Shown: positions 37,984 to 47,288 of the stretch, piece by piece
Numbering within the stretch: position 1 is the first letter of the stretch
How the letters are laid out: each line of letters starts with the position of its first letter
Virus record (IMG/VR): IMGVR_UViG_3300034106_003629
Length of the DNA stretch: 64,000 bases
Direction: 5' to 3' (one strand)
From: an uncultured virus (IMG/VR IMGVR_UViG_3300034106_003629)
Taxonomy: Duplodnaviria; Heunggongvirae; Uroviricota; Caudoviricetes
The notes under the pieces: model-generated
Database searches by the model: none
Told to the model about the DNA's origin: nothing
The model's input: the letters and a program-made list of their open reading frames with translations, nothing else
Program-made: the position numbers and the translations under genes

Positions 37984-38106
37984 CTATCCCCAATAAATTA
38001 CCCCAAGAGTGAATAAAACAAATACAAGAACTGTGAATACCATCATACCTACACCTGCCCAGATTACCCAATTAGGTACAGGTTCGTGTTGAGTATTATG
38101 AGACAT
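37984..38106 (-). CDS. 40-aa single-TM peptide
   Basis: MSHNTQHEPVPNWVIWAGVGMMVFTVLVFVLFTLGVIYWG. Confidence 0.6.
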   Translation of the reverse strand: MSHNTQHEPVPNWVIWAGVGMMVFTVLVFVLFTLGVIYWG

Positions 38107-38133
38107 AAAAAAAGAGGGTTGTTATACCCTCTT
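38107..38133 (-). terminator. Terminator after psbA
   Basis: GAGGGT-ATAACA-ACCCTC-T7. Confidence 0.8.
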
Positions 38134-38158
38134 AATTATATCAGTTATTCAGTTTTTA

Positions 38159-39241
38159 TCAACCGATTGCAGGTGCGGTGAGAGCAATAGGAGTGCTTTC
38201 AGCAGCAGCAAGGTCAAGTGGGAAGTTGTGAGCATTACGTTCATGCATCACTTCCATACCCAGACCAGCACGGTTCAGAACATCTGCCCAAGTATTGAGC
38301 ACACGACCTTGACTATCAACGATGGACTGGTTGAAGTTGAAACCGTTGAGGTTGAATGCCATGGTGCTAACACCAAGAGCAGTGAACCAGATGCCAACTA
38401 CAGGCCATGCAGCGAGGAAGAAGTGCAGCGAACGTGAGTTATTAAAGGAAGCATATTGGAAGATAAGGCGACCAAAGTAACCGTGGGCAGCAACGATGTT
38501 ATAAGTTTCTTCTTCTTGACCAAACTTGTAACCATAATTCTGGGACTCGTTTTCGGTAGTTTCACGAACCAGCGAGGAAGTAACCAGAGAACCGTGCATA
38601 GCACTGAACAGAGAACCACCAAACACACCAGCAACACCAAGCATATGGAAGGGGTGCATCAGGATGTTGTGCTCTGCCTGGAACACAAGCATATAGTTGA
38701 ACGTACCAGAGATACCCAGAGGCATCGCATCAGAGAAAGAACCTTGACCAAAAGGATAAACCAGGAACACTGCACTCGCAGCAGCGACAGGTGCGCTGTA
38801 AGCAACACAGATCCAAGGACGCATACCCAGACGATAAGAGAGTTCCCACTCACGACCCATGTAGGCGTAGATACCAATCAGGAAGTGGAACACAACCAGT
38901 TGGAACGGACCACCGTTGTAAAGCCACTCATCTAGGGAAGCAGCTTCCCAGATGGGATAAAAGTGCAGTCCAATAGCATTGGACGAAGGAATGACAGCAC
39001 CAGAGATGATGTTGTTTCCGTACATGAGTGAACCAGCAACGGGTTCACGGATACCATCAATGTCCACAGGAGGAGCACCGATGAATGCGATGATGAAACA
39101 AGTTGTAGCAGCAAGCAGGGTGGGAATCATCAGAACACCGAACCAACCAACATAAAGACGGTTATCGGTTGAAGTAACCCAGTTGCAGAACTGTTCCCAA
39201 GTATTCGATTGTTGTTGACGTGAAGCGATTGAAGCAGTCAT
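38159..39241 (-). CDS. psbA: Photosystem II D1 protein (E130, high-light type), intron-free
   Basis: Canonical D1; [22 protein letters not shown]. Confidence 0.99.
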   Translation of the reverse strand: MTASIASRQQQSNTWEQFCNWVTSTDNRLYVGWFGVLMIPTLLAATTCFIIAFIGAPPVDIDGIREPVAGSLMYGNNIISGAVIPSSNAIGLHFYPIWEAASLDEWLYNGGPFQLVVFHFLIGIYAYMGREWELSYRLGMRPWICVAYSAPVAAASAVFLVYPFGQGSFSDAMPLGISGTFNYMLVFQAEHNILMHPFHMLGVAGVFGGSLFSAMHGSLVTSSLVRETTENESQNYGYKFGQEEETYNIVAAHGYFGRLIFQYASFNNSRSLHFFLAAWPVVGIWFTALGVSTMAFNLNGFNFNQSIVDSQGRVLNTWADVLNRAGLGMEVMHERNAHNFPLDLAAAESTPIALTAPAIG

Positions 39242-39254
39242 TTGTTTAAAAAAA

Positions 39255-39362
39255 GTAGTAAGACCATCAGGGAAATGGTGGTGATACTATGCTCCCCGCA
39301 CCCTCAGCGGGGATATGAGAGACGTTTTTATACTCCCCATAGGTCTCGGTTAGTGGGAGTTA
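39255..39362 (-). ncRNA. Structured psbA leader, PhotoRC-II-like motif
   Basis: CCCCGC/GCGGGG and ACCAU/AUGGU stems, GAGAC/GUCUC pairing; position directly 5' of phage psbA. Confidence 0.65.
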
Positions 39363-39401
39363 CAAACATTAAAGATTTGTTACGTTCCTTAACGTTTGAT
39401 G

Positions 39402-39435
39402 TATTTATATTAACATATCCTCATACTGGTGTCAA
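39402..39435 (-). promoter_or_regulatory. Composite psbA promoter (sigma70 + late)
   Basis: TTGACA-N17-TAATAT overlapping TATAAATA. Confidence 0.75.
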
Positions 39436-39536
39436 GGTCATTTGACGGTTAATTTATTTGGAGACCTTATGGAAAACCGAATACTAATAAAAGAATCTTA
39501 CTAAATAAATAAAAAGAGATTTCTCAAGAAGGACAG

Positions 39537-39728
39537 ATGTTAAACGCACCTACAAGAGCTAGACTTCTAGCAATTTGCAACGACGTAAAAAATAAAAAAA
39601 CAGTTTCTGAAATGAATCTCGTATGGGCGCAAAAAAATGCTATCCATGATGAAGAAGCAACAGAACTATTAAAGGCAGCAGGACAATATATTGAAGCTGC
39701 CGATCAAGAAGATACTACAGAAGTCTGA
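39537..39728 (+). CDS. Small hypothetical protein, paralog of 2130-2456 N-terminus
   Basis: R.RL.AIC...V.....WA.K.A; AAGGA SD; CTAAATA upstream. Confidence 0.7.
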   Translation: MLNAPTRARLLAICNDVKNKKTVSEMNLVWAQKNAIHDEEATELLKAAGQYIEAADQEDTTEV

Positions 39729-39742
39729 TAAATTAAAGACAT

Positions 39743-39774
39743 AAAAATAGGGGGCATATGCCCCCCTTTTTTTT
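39743..39774. terminator. Bidirectional terminator between convergent genes
   Basis: A5-TAGGGGGCATATGCCCCCC-T-run. Confidence 0.75.
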
Positions 39775-40270
39775 ATTTCGTATTCAGATATTTAATTACT
39801 TCTTCTGGAGTAGAATTTACATAAGGATCGTCTTCTGCATTAGAACGCTGTCCAGGTTCTACAGACATCCATTCAATTACACCATCATTAATTACTGCAG
39901 CATAACGCCAAGAACGATTGCCAAATCCAAGATTGTTTTTCGATACAAGCATTCCCATCTCACGAGTAAACTCAGCATTGCCATCAGGAATTAACTTAAC
40001 CTTTTCAATTCCTTGGTCTTTTGCCCAGGCATTCATTACAAATCCATCATTAACAGAAATGCAATAAATCTCATCAATTCCCTTCTCTCGGATTACATCA
40101 TAGTTATCTTCAAATCCAGGAAGTTGATAAGCACTGCAGGTAGGAGTAAATGCTCCAGGGAGTGAGAAAATTACAACTCTCTTATTAGAAAAAATTTCAG
40201 TAGAAGAACGGGTCACAAATTCTCCATTCTCACGAAATACAAAATTAATAGCAGGAACTTGATTATCCAT
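39773..40270 (-). CDS. Peroxiredoxin (Prx5-type)
   Basis: LPGAFTPTCS, SVNDGFVMNAW, RSWRYA. Confidence 0.95.
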   Translation of the reverse strand: MDNQVPAINFVFRENGEFVTRSSTEIFSNKRVVIFSLPGAFTPTCSAYQLPGFEDNYDVIREKGIDEIYCISVNDGFVMNAWAKDQGIEKVKLIPDGNAEFTREMGMLVSKNNLGFGNRSWRYAAVINDGVIEWMSVEPGQRSNAEDDPYVNSTPEEVIKYLNTK

Positions 40271-40282
40271 ATAAATTAAAAA

Positions 40283-40402
40283 TCAAAAAATACCAGGAAT
40301 AATTTGTCCAGTTGTGATGTAAGTGCCAACAGCAATTACAAATCCAAGCATAGCGAGACGAGCATTAAGAATCTCAGCCTCAGGGGTCCATCCAAATTTC
40401 AT
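40283..40402 (-). CDS. hli: High-light inducible protein, 39 aa
   Basis: AEILNARLAMLGF...TGQIIPGIF (manual translation). Confidence 0.93.
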   Translation of the reverse strand: MKFGWTPEAEILNARLAMLGFVIAVGTYITTGQIIPGIF

Positions 40403-40710
40403 TTTGTTTCTCCTTTGTAAGAATGTTGTTGTTTAAGTTCAGTATTGGGTTGAGAAGGAACTACAGGGTTCCTTGATTTATTTTTAATAACAATGAAAGC
40501 ATCGTTCTGATATGTTACGGTTCCAAATGGTTTTGCCCATTTTGGATTTGCATCTGGATGAGTTGCAGTTCCTGTAACTGCAACGCCACCAATTTCTACA
40601 GAGAGTTCATCGTTGGCATCCCATCCAAGTTTTTCAAGGGCAATTGCAAATTGCCCGAGCATACCACCAGTACCCATAACACTTTCTTCTGGTTCAAGAT
40701 TTCCAATCAC
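40399..40710 (-). CDS. Hypothetical protein
   Basis: ATGA-coupled between petF and hli. Confidence 0.7.
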   Translation of the reverse strand: MIGNLEPEESVMGTGGMLGQFAIALEKLGWDANDELSVEIGGVAVTGTATHPDANPKWAKPFGTVTYQNDAFIVIKNKSRNPVVPSQPNTELKQQHSYKGETK

Positions 40711-40997
40711 AAGTTCTCTTCCTGCTCAGTCAGAATAACACAGTCACTAGTAGGATAGGCAACACAGGTAAGCACCCAACCATCTGCTAGTTGTTCATCA
40801 TCAAGGAACGATTGCTCCTCATTATCCACAGTGCCGCTGATTAGTTTACCAGCGCAAGCAGAGCAAGCACCAGCACGGCAAGATGAAGGAAGATCAACTC
40901 CTGCCTCTTCAGCAGCTTCTAGAATGTATTGGTCTTCGGCACACTGGATAGTGGTTTCGCCATCAGGGGTTTGAAGTGTAACGCTATAAACGGTCAT
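40707..40997 (-). CDS. petF: Plant-type [2Fe-2S] ferredoxin
   Basis: CRAGACSAC...VLTCVAYP. Confidence 0.97.
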   Translation of the reverse strand: MTVYSVTLQTPDGETTIQCAEDQYILEAAEEAGVDLPSSCRAGACSACAGKLISGTVDNEEQSFLDDEQLADGWVLTCVAYPTSDCVILTEQEENL

Positions 40998-41083
40998 CAG
41001 TAAGTCTCACAAAGTTTTTCTACGGATGCTGCCAGAAGAACGAAAAAGGCAACACTAGTAATTGTAAAGATAGTTGAAGTCAT
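40997..41083 (-). CDS. 28-aa single-TM peptide
   Basis: [33 protein letters not shown] overlap with petF. Confidence 0.55.
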   Translation of the reverse strand: MTSTIFTITSVAFFVLLAASVEKLCETY

Positions 41084-41096
41084 TGTCAATCAATTG

Positions 41097-41291
41097 TCAG
41101 AAGATGCCGAAGAAGAGTTTGCCAGTGCCAACATAAGAAATGAGACCAGCAATAATACCGACCATTGCCCAGCGCCCATTGTACTTCTCCTTTACTTGGT
41201 TGGGAGTATCCATCCCATAGTTTTCGTAGTACATAGTGGGTTCTTTTGCCCACATGTTTTGCTGACCACGATCATTAGTTGTTACAGTCAT
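41097..41291 (-). CDS. hli: High-light inducible protein
   Basis: NMWAKEP; EKYNGRWAMVG...TGKLFFGIF. Confidence 0.92.
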   Translation of the reverse strand: MTVTTNDRGQQNMWAKEPTMYYENYGMDTPNQVKEKYNGRWAMVGIIAGLISYVGTGKLFFGIF

Positions 41292-41318
41292 TGTACATTC
41301 GTTAAGAATTGTTACACA

Positions 41319-41356
41319 ATTATATAGCAAAAATAAAGGGGTGTCAAGCACCCCCT
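41319..41356 (-). promoter_or_regulatory. Terminator hairpin containing the hli sigma70 promoter
   Basis: GGGGTG-CTTGA-CACCCC-TTTATTTTT; TTGACA-N17-TATAAT. Confidence 0.75.
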
Positions 41357-41386
41357 GTATCATATGATACTTATTTTGTCAGATGA

Positions 41387-42865
41387 TCAGAACCTGAAGG
41401 TCGTTTGAATCACACCACCATAGTTAGAAGATGCGTTCTTAAATGCCTGATTGTTAGAGACATAGAAGATTGCAGGAGTTACGCTAATATTATCGCTAAC
41501 TTTGTAACGATAAAACGCTTCCCACATCAGAGCGTCTTTGGTCAGAGTAGTCGCGTTGCCAGGTTGACCGATGGCAAAACCAGAGGCATTGCCCTTAGCA
41601 AACACATCGCTCCACTGAACGCCTGCCATCCAAGTCTGAGAGTTGGTTGCAGCATTAGGAGTTGCAGGACCACTCACATAGTTCCAACCATAAGCGGCAG
41701 AGACCGAAGGAATGATGCCAGACTTCTTGGGTTGCCAGTAAGCATTCAGAGCATAACCATTAGAGGTTTGATTAGCGGCAAGAGTACCACCATTACCAGC
41801 AACACCGTTAAAGGTACGAATACGAGTGCCTTCAGTACCATTACGATAACCGAATGCAATACCATACTGGGGAGCACGATAACCAATCTGTGCCAGAGTG
41901 TTCAGAGCACCAGAGGCATCAAATTCACCTTTGGTAGAATCAGAACCGTTCTGAGCAACATAGTTCAGGTTAGCAACAAAACCTTTCTTACCAGGTTGTG
42001 CCCACTGAGCACCGAAACCAGAACCCGTTGCCTTGTTGTAGACACCAGGAGCACCAGCAACAGCAAAGAAGTCAAGAACATCCGACTTATATGCAGTGGG
42101 AATCCATGCCATCTCAGTGTTACGAACCAGAGCACCAGCAGTCAGGGTCACACCCTTAGCAAGTGCGGGGAAGCTGTAGTACAGACGGTCAAGATTGACT
42201 TGGTTCGCATAAGATTCTGCCTTGTCCAGTTTGAACAGAGAAGAGGAAGAACCGAAGGGTTGACTGGAGAAGTTACCAGAACGCAGACGAGTACGAAGCA
42301 GGTCCTTACCAGTGAACGAAGTGTCAAAGTTCAGACGAAGATCGTAGTTGAATGCAGTATTACCAACATTAGTATTATTAGCAAGACGAGCACCTTCTAC
42401 ACCACCAAGAACAAAAGTTGCTTCACCTTTCAGTTTGGTAGTTGTGGAGAACTGAGTTGCTTGGAGTTGACCAACTTGGGTTTCCAGTTTGGCAACACGA
42501 CCACGAATAACAAGAAGTTCGTCAGCAAACTCTTTTGAGAGGCGAGAAAGTTCATCAGTAACTTCAGTCACACGGTCAAGGCAAGCATTCAGAAGTGCTG
42601 CTGCCTCAAAACGGGTCATTGACTTACCACCAAGATAAGTTCCGTTTTCATAACCAGCAACGCAACCATAACGCTCAACGAGATTATTGAGTGCCTGATA
42701 TGCCCAATCAGTGGGTTTTACATCAGACAGTTGAGTAATGCTTGTGACTTGTTCCGAAGTGGAATATTGGTTGACTGCTGCCATATTAAGGTCTGCGGCA
42801 TTCGCAGCAACAGGAGCAACCATTCCCATAGCAACAGGTGCAAGCATCAGTTGTTTGAGTTTCAT
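41387..42865 (-). CDS. Cyanobacterial Som/iron-uptake-type outer membrane porin (SLH + OprB)
   Basis: Signal peptide; SDV.PTDWAYQAL..LVERYGC; TRFEAAA; FSTTTKL.GE; terminal TTFRF. Confidence 0.92.
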   Translation of the reverse strand: MKLKQLMLAPVAMGMVAPVAANAADLNMAAVNQYSTSEQVTSITQLSDVKPTDWAYQALNNLVERYGCVAGYENGTYLGGKSMTRFEAAALLNACLDRVTEVTDELSRLSKEFADELLVIRGRVAKLETQVGQLQATQFSTTTKLKGEATFVLGGVEGARLANNTNVGNTAFNYDLRLNFDTSFTGKDLLRTRLRSGNFSSQPFGSSSSLFKLDKAESYANQVNLDRLYYSFPALAKGVTLTAGALVRNTEMAWIPTAYKSDVLDFFAVAGAPGVYNKATGSGFGAQWAQPGKKGFVANLNYVAQNGSDSTKGEFDASGALNTLAQIGYRAPQYGIAFGYRNGTEGTRIRTFNGVAGNGGTLAANQTSNGYALNAYWQPKKSGIIPSVSAAYGWNYVSGPATPNAATNSQTWMAGVQWSDVFAKGNASGFAIGQPGNATTLTKDALMWEAFYRYKVSDNISVTPAIFYVSNNQAFKNASSNYGGVIQTTFRF

Positions 42866-42919
42866 AAATTTGTTTTGATATTTTAGAACTAAAAAACGCC
42901 CTGTTTCCAGGACGCAAGC

Positions 42920-42948
42920 ATCATATAACACTTTCTTAAGATTGTCAA
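42920..42948 (-). promoter_or_regulatory. sigma70-type promoter of porin gene
   Basis: TTGACA-N17-TATGAT. Confidence 0.7.
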
Positions 42949-42959
42949 TTAAATTTAGG

Positions 42960-43769
42960 TTAAGACTTTAATCCGCTAGGGTCGCTTACCTTACCAAGGT
43001 AAGGATCATAATCAGTCAAATCTTTCACATCCATAGACGCACCCATTTGCTGCCACCAGGTCATAATTCCATCATGACTTTGACGATGAAATACATCAAC
43101 ATGCTCTGGATGAATGGATGACCCTAATTGTAGTCGATAAAGAAGTAGAGGAATGGAATAGGTGTTACCAGAATTGTAAATGAGGTCATCAGCAACTGGT
43201 CTTGGTTTTACCCCATTATCCAGACGGTACTTATCAACACCTTTGACGTGGTGATAAATCAGTTTTGATGCATGATGTCTAGTAATCATATAACAAGCCG
43301 TGGAGAAATCATTTACAAATCTCCTATGCAACTTAACATGAATGTCTCCTGTTTGAATAATTGCTAGTTGCACTACATCCCAATCATAGGGAAGCATAGA
43401 TGCAAAATCATTCCAAGAAAAATTCCAGTATTGTACTACATCAAGATTACAATCATCTTCCATGATAATTGCATAAGGACTGGTTGAATTATCATACCAA
43501 TGTTTAATTGCTTTTAAATGTGATGTAATACACCCAACCTCTCCCGAAGACATTGATTCTGGATATCTACCTTTAATAATATCACTTAAATCATCATCTC
43601 TACCATCATATGCAGAAATTCTGGTATAATCTTCTATTTCCCAATATTTAAATTGGTCCTCTATATGTTGACGACGATCAGTATCTTCGTCCATATTCAA
43701 GTAATAAATGGGTCCAAACCCATTTAACTTATATGCAGATTTATTTTTATCTAATAAAGTACTATGCAT
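42960..43769 (-). CDS. GT25-family glycosyltransferase
   Basis: YYLN....RR, RISAYDG, GEVGCITSH, IIMEDD. Confidence 0.85.
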   Translation of the reverse strand: MHSTLLDKNKSAYKLNGFGPIYYLNMDEDTDRRQHIEDQFKYWEIEDYTRISAYDGRDDDLSDIIKGRYPESMSSGEVGCITSHLKAIKHWYDNSTSPYAIIMEDDCNLDVVQYWNFSWNDFASMLPYDWDVVQLAIIQTGDIHVKLHRRFVNDFSTACYMITRHHASKLIYHHVKGVDKYRLDNGVKPRPVADDLIYNSGNTYSIPLLLYRLQLGSSIHPEHVDVFHRQSHDGIMTWWQQMGASMDVKDLTDYDPYLGKVSDPSGLKS

Positions 43770-44712
43770 GACGTTCAATTACTTTTTCTACACTAGGGAT
43801 GTAATACTTTTTAAGAACTTCTTTCCAGTCAAACTGTTTTGAATATTCTACAATCTCATTTCTATGAGCAATAGAATATTCTCTGTTTTTAATTATAGCA
43901 TTCTCAACATAATCAATATCGGTAATCTTTTCTTCTGGAATTACTGTAATAAATTCTTTATCAGTATCAAGATTTGCTTTACCCCATTCACAAACAACTA
44001 CTCCAAGTCCAGCAGCAAGTGCTTCCATACAAACAAGAGGATGTGCCTCTCCATCTGAAAGAAGAACAAGATTACCATAATCAGTCAATTGATTATAAAG
44101 AGTCTCTTTTGACCACTCTCCCAAATAGTTTTTACTAGTATTAAATCTGCTATCAGCGAGATTACCAGCAAACCAAAGACTATCAATTGATTGGAATAAA
44201 TGTTGTCTTTTTCTATAATCAATCTTTGCAAGATATAAACTTCTATCGGGATATTCTGGAGTATCTTTAAATGTAAACTTATCAGTATTGACCCCATTAG
44301 GTGTTATGTAAGTATTCTCTTTTGGAATATCAAACATAACATTATATACTTTCTCAATTCCTGGTGAGAGACAAAATACATTTGGTTTAATCCTCATGAA
44401 TTCATTGGCAACATTAATGTAACCATTGAACATTTCTTTACGTTCTAGATATCCAAAATGACTTGTAATTGCATTTGGATATTGAATGTAAGGAACAATA
44501 GGAATAAATTCATCATAATGCACATGAACAAAGTCTGGTACAAATGCATTAATCCCATTGATAATTTGACGATTATCTTTGGTATTAATAATTTGTACTT
44601 CATGACCCAGTTCTTCTAGGGCACATTTAGTATCCCAAACAAGAATCTCAACCGCACCCCAACCAGTTGGAGGGATCGGCATAATTCCAGGACCTATGAG
44701 AGTGATTTTCAT
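43762..44712 (-). CDS. GT4-like (GT-B) glycosyltransferase
   Basis: PIPPTGWGAVE, PNGVN, EAHPLVCMEALAAG. Confidence 0.85.
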   Translation of the reverse strand: MKITLIGPGIMPIPPTGWGAVEILVWDTKCALEELGHEVQIINTKDNRQIINGINAFVPDFVHVHYDEFIPIVPYIQYPNAITSHFGYLERKEMFNGYINVANEFMRIKPNVFCLSPGIEKVYNVMFDIPKENTYITPNGVNTDKFTFKDTPEYPDRSLYLAKIDYRKRQHLFQSIDSLWFAGNLADSRFNTSKNYLGEWSKETLYNQLTDYGNLVLLSDGEAHPLVCMEALAAGLGVVVCEWGKANLDTDKEFITVIPEEKITDIDYVENAIIKNREYSIAHRNEIVEYSKQFDWKEVLKKYYIPSVEKVIERHA

Positions 44713-45167
44713 TTTAATTTTTCGGGGTAATCTGTACAAATACCATAACAATTAGTAACTCTTAGGGTATCCCAAATCATATTATTCCATTCTGGCATAA
44801 CAATAACAGTATTAGATGTATATGATTTACCAGGATACGCCCAGATATATTTTTTACTGGTGAGAGTATAATCATCCTCTTGATGCCAAAAATAATTGTA
44901 TCCAGAGGTATTAACTGACATTTCATGAAGAGTATCTAAGTCTTTACAATGAATCCAAAGACTATCAATTCTTGTTGCTAACCACCACCGAGTTACCAGA
45001 TATTGAGGTTCATCATGACCTAACCATAAAGTATTAGTTGCTTTATGGTATCTTAGATCTATTTCAACATCATAACCCTGTTCTATACATTTGTCAATTT
45101 GTTCTGGACTATTTTCAATTGATGGATTTGGTCCATCAATATTAGCACGATGGGCAATTAGTTTCAT
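44709..45167 (-). CDS. Glycerophosphodiester phosphodiesterase-like protein
   Basis: IAHRA, EN, VEIDL, LGHD, GICTDYP. Confidence 0.75.
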   Translation of the reverse strand: MKLIAHRANIDGPNPSIENSPEQIDKCIEQGYDVEIDLRYHKATNTLWLGHDEPQYLVTRWWLATRIDSLWIHCKDLDTLHEMSVNTSGYNYFWHQEDDYTLTSKKYIWAYPGKSYTSNTVIVMPEWNNMIWDTLRVTNCYGICTDYPEKLK

Positions 45168-45168
45168 A

Positions 45169-45915
45169 TCAACCTCTAATACAAGCAGCATCCATAGGAC
45201 AAGGAGCAAGATCAGAGTGCTCAAACCATTTTAAAAATGATCCCATTTTAAATGCTTCTGGAGATGGTTCCCAAATGTCTTCATAAACATCTTCAATATC
45301 ATCAAATGCATTGAGTGCCCAAGTAAGATACTTAGGTCCAAAAAATTGAATTGTATCTGGAAATCTAGGATGATGTCCTGGTAGATAGAATTTGTATTTG
45401 TCGCAGGTATTAAGATCTGGGAAGTTAAGAAGAACAGTATCATATCTTGCAAGGACAATAAAATCATAGCTGGTATTTGTTTCCTCAGCGTATGATTTGA
45501 CAATATTTGCAACAGATTTAATGGAATACATTTGGGACATTACATTACTGTAATTTTTAGGATTCCAGTGATTACCACTCTCCCCATACAACTCTCTTGC
45601 TGGGTGTTTATTAGTAAACTTTTCATCAATGAATTCTTTTGCTTTTGAGGGTAACTCAAAAGTTTTTGGACTTTCAATACCCAAAATCAATGGTTGATAA
45701 TTATCAGCAATAATTTTAGGTGCATCTTTAGAAACAGGACACTTGTTTATTTTGGACCATGAGGAATAGTCATACTCTTCAGCATCTTCCTCCCACCACA
45801 TATGCCCAAATACATCAGTATCATATCGGTCAAGAATTACTTCTTTGTAAGTATCAATAATTTGTTGGTTGTCAACAAATCTAGGTTGCCCAAAAAATGC
45901 AAGTGCTACTTTCAT
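45169..45915 (-). CDS. Putative glycosyltransferase-like protein (GQPR family)
   Basis: KVALAFFGQPR, DVFGHMW, YDFIVLARYD; paralog of 47288-47992. Confidence 0.6.
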   Translation of the reverse strand: MKVALAFFGQPRFVDNQQIIDTYKEVILDRYDTDVFGHMWWEEDAEEYDYSSWSKINKCPVSKDAPKIIADNYQPLILGIESPKTFELPSKAKEFIDEKFTNKHPARELYGESGNHWNPKNYSNVMSQMYSIKSVANIVKSYAEETNTSYDFIVLARYDTVLLNFPDLNTCDKYKFYLPGHHPRFPDTIQFFGPKYLTWALNAFDDIEDVYEDIWEPSPEAFKMGSFLKWFEHSDLAPCPMDAACIRG

Positions 45916-47288
45916 CAGACTTCTCCTTTATAATGTTCAAGGAAGTAGTTCAGGTCTTCTGGAGTACCAATACCCCACATACCAGACTTATCGATTTCTT
46001 TGATGCGGATTTTTTTACCATCACCAATCGCTTCATTAAATACTGGACAAACATAATATTCATTATTAACACGAATATCTTTGGCAATCATTTGTTCTGC
46101 ATACTTCACATAGTCAGAACCTTTCTTCCAATAGTAGATACCAACAGTGGCATGTTCAGAAATTGGTTTCTTCTCAGCAACCTCCTCAACATAACCCTCT
46201 TCACCAAGTTTAGCATAAGACCACTTAGGATGAGTCGCTGGGAATGTAACAATTCCACCATCAACTTCACCGTTCTGGAATGCATAAAGGGTTTCGTTGC
46301 TATCCCATTCCACAAACTGGTCCGAATTTGCCATTACAAGAGGTTCATCATTATTGATAAACTCCTTTGCAAGAAGAGTGGTGCAGCAAGCACCTTCAGT
46401 TAGACCATCAACTTGAACAATATTGCATCCAGGAGCAATCAAAGGAAGTAGATAGTTCAGATTATACTTTTCATAATGTTCCTTTTGAACAATAAAAGTA
46501 TAATTTGCTTTGATGTTCAGGTTCTCAACAACCACTTGGATCATTGGTTTACCTTTAACTTCAATCAAAGGTTTAGGGAAGGTGTAACCCTGACTAGCAA
46601 ACCTGCTACCAGCACCTGCCATAGGAATAAGAACATTCATTGTTTTACTCTCCCATGCAACTTTTTGTTTTGTACCATTCAGAATTTTTTTAATTCTATC
46701 AATCTTTACCTGATTGAGATCTTTACGATCTTCTACAGGAACTAAATGTGCCTTACTGTCAAGAGCACCTTGACGACCAATATGACTATCTTCGACAATC
46801 ACGGTATCTGCAGGAAGTGCTCCAAGAGCAGTCATACACTTCCAATACATTGCTGGGAATGGTTTGTTGCGAACAACGTCTTCATTAGAGACGTACATAT
46901 CCACAAATTCCAGAAGTCCAAGACGCAATAGAATAATCTTCACAGTATTCCTAATACTATTAGATGCAACAGCAATCTTATATCCTGCATCTACAAGTTG
47001 TTGGAAGTACCCCATCAACTCATAATCCTTTGCAACGCAGTCGTTAAAAATCTTAAGTGTTGCTTCTTGCTTATCTCTCCAAATTGTATCATAAAGATCT
47101 ACAGGAAGACCTTTATTCTTGGTTAAAAGTTCTAGTTTTGCTTTGGTAGGAAGACCATCATAAATGCTAACATGCTCTTCTCTGCTGATAGCATACTCAT
47201 CTCCAAGTGCTTGGTTTAATGCTTCATAATGATAATCTTTACTGTCGATTAAGACTCCATCCAAATCAAAGATAACAAGTTTGGTCAT
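45915..47288 (-). CDS. HAD phosphatase - sugar nucleotidyltransferase fusion
   Basis: FDLDGVL...KP...EDS; then IPMAGAGSRF...PKPLI...NSDQ...EKKP...GTPEDL. Confidence 0.88.
   Translation of the reverse strand: MTKLVIFDLDGVLIDSKDYHYEALNQALGDEYAISREEHVSIYDGLPTKAKLELLTKNKGLPVDLYDTIWRDKQEATLKIFNDCVAKDYELMGYFQQLVDAGYKIAVASNSIRNTVKIILLRLGLLEFVDMYVSNEDVVRNKPFPAMYWKCMTALGALPADTVIVEDSHIGRQGALDSKAHLVPVEDRKDLNQVKIDRIKKILNGTKQKVAWESKTMNVLIPMAGAGSRFASQGYTFPKPLIEVKGKPMIQVVVENLNIKANYTFIVQKEHYEKYNLNYLLPLIAPGCNIVQVDGLTEGACCTTLLAKEFINNDEPLVMANSDQFVEWDSNETLYAFQNGEVDGGIVTFPATHPKWSYAKLGEEGYVEEVAEKKPISEHATVGIYYWKKGSDYVKYAEQMIAKDIRVNNEYYVCPVFNEAIGDGKKIRIKEIDKSGMWGIGTPEDLNYFLEHYKGEV

Noticed and set aside
38228..38976. 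Antisense ORFs over psbA
   Set aside because: Shadow frames; an antisense RNA cannot be inferred from sequence alone
36645..39241. Intron or homing endonuclease in or between psbA and psbD
   Set aside because: Both genes are uninterrupted; the intervening ORFs lack HNH, GIY-YIG or LAGLIDADG motifs
41405..42538. 377-aa antisense ORF over the porin
   Set aside because: In-register antisense shadow of a codon-biased gene; no recognisable features
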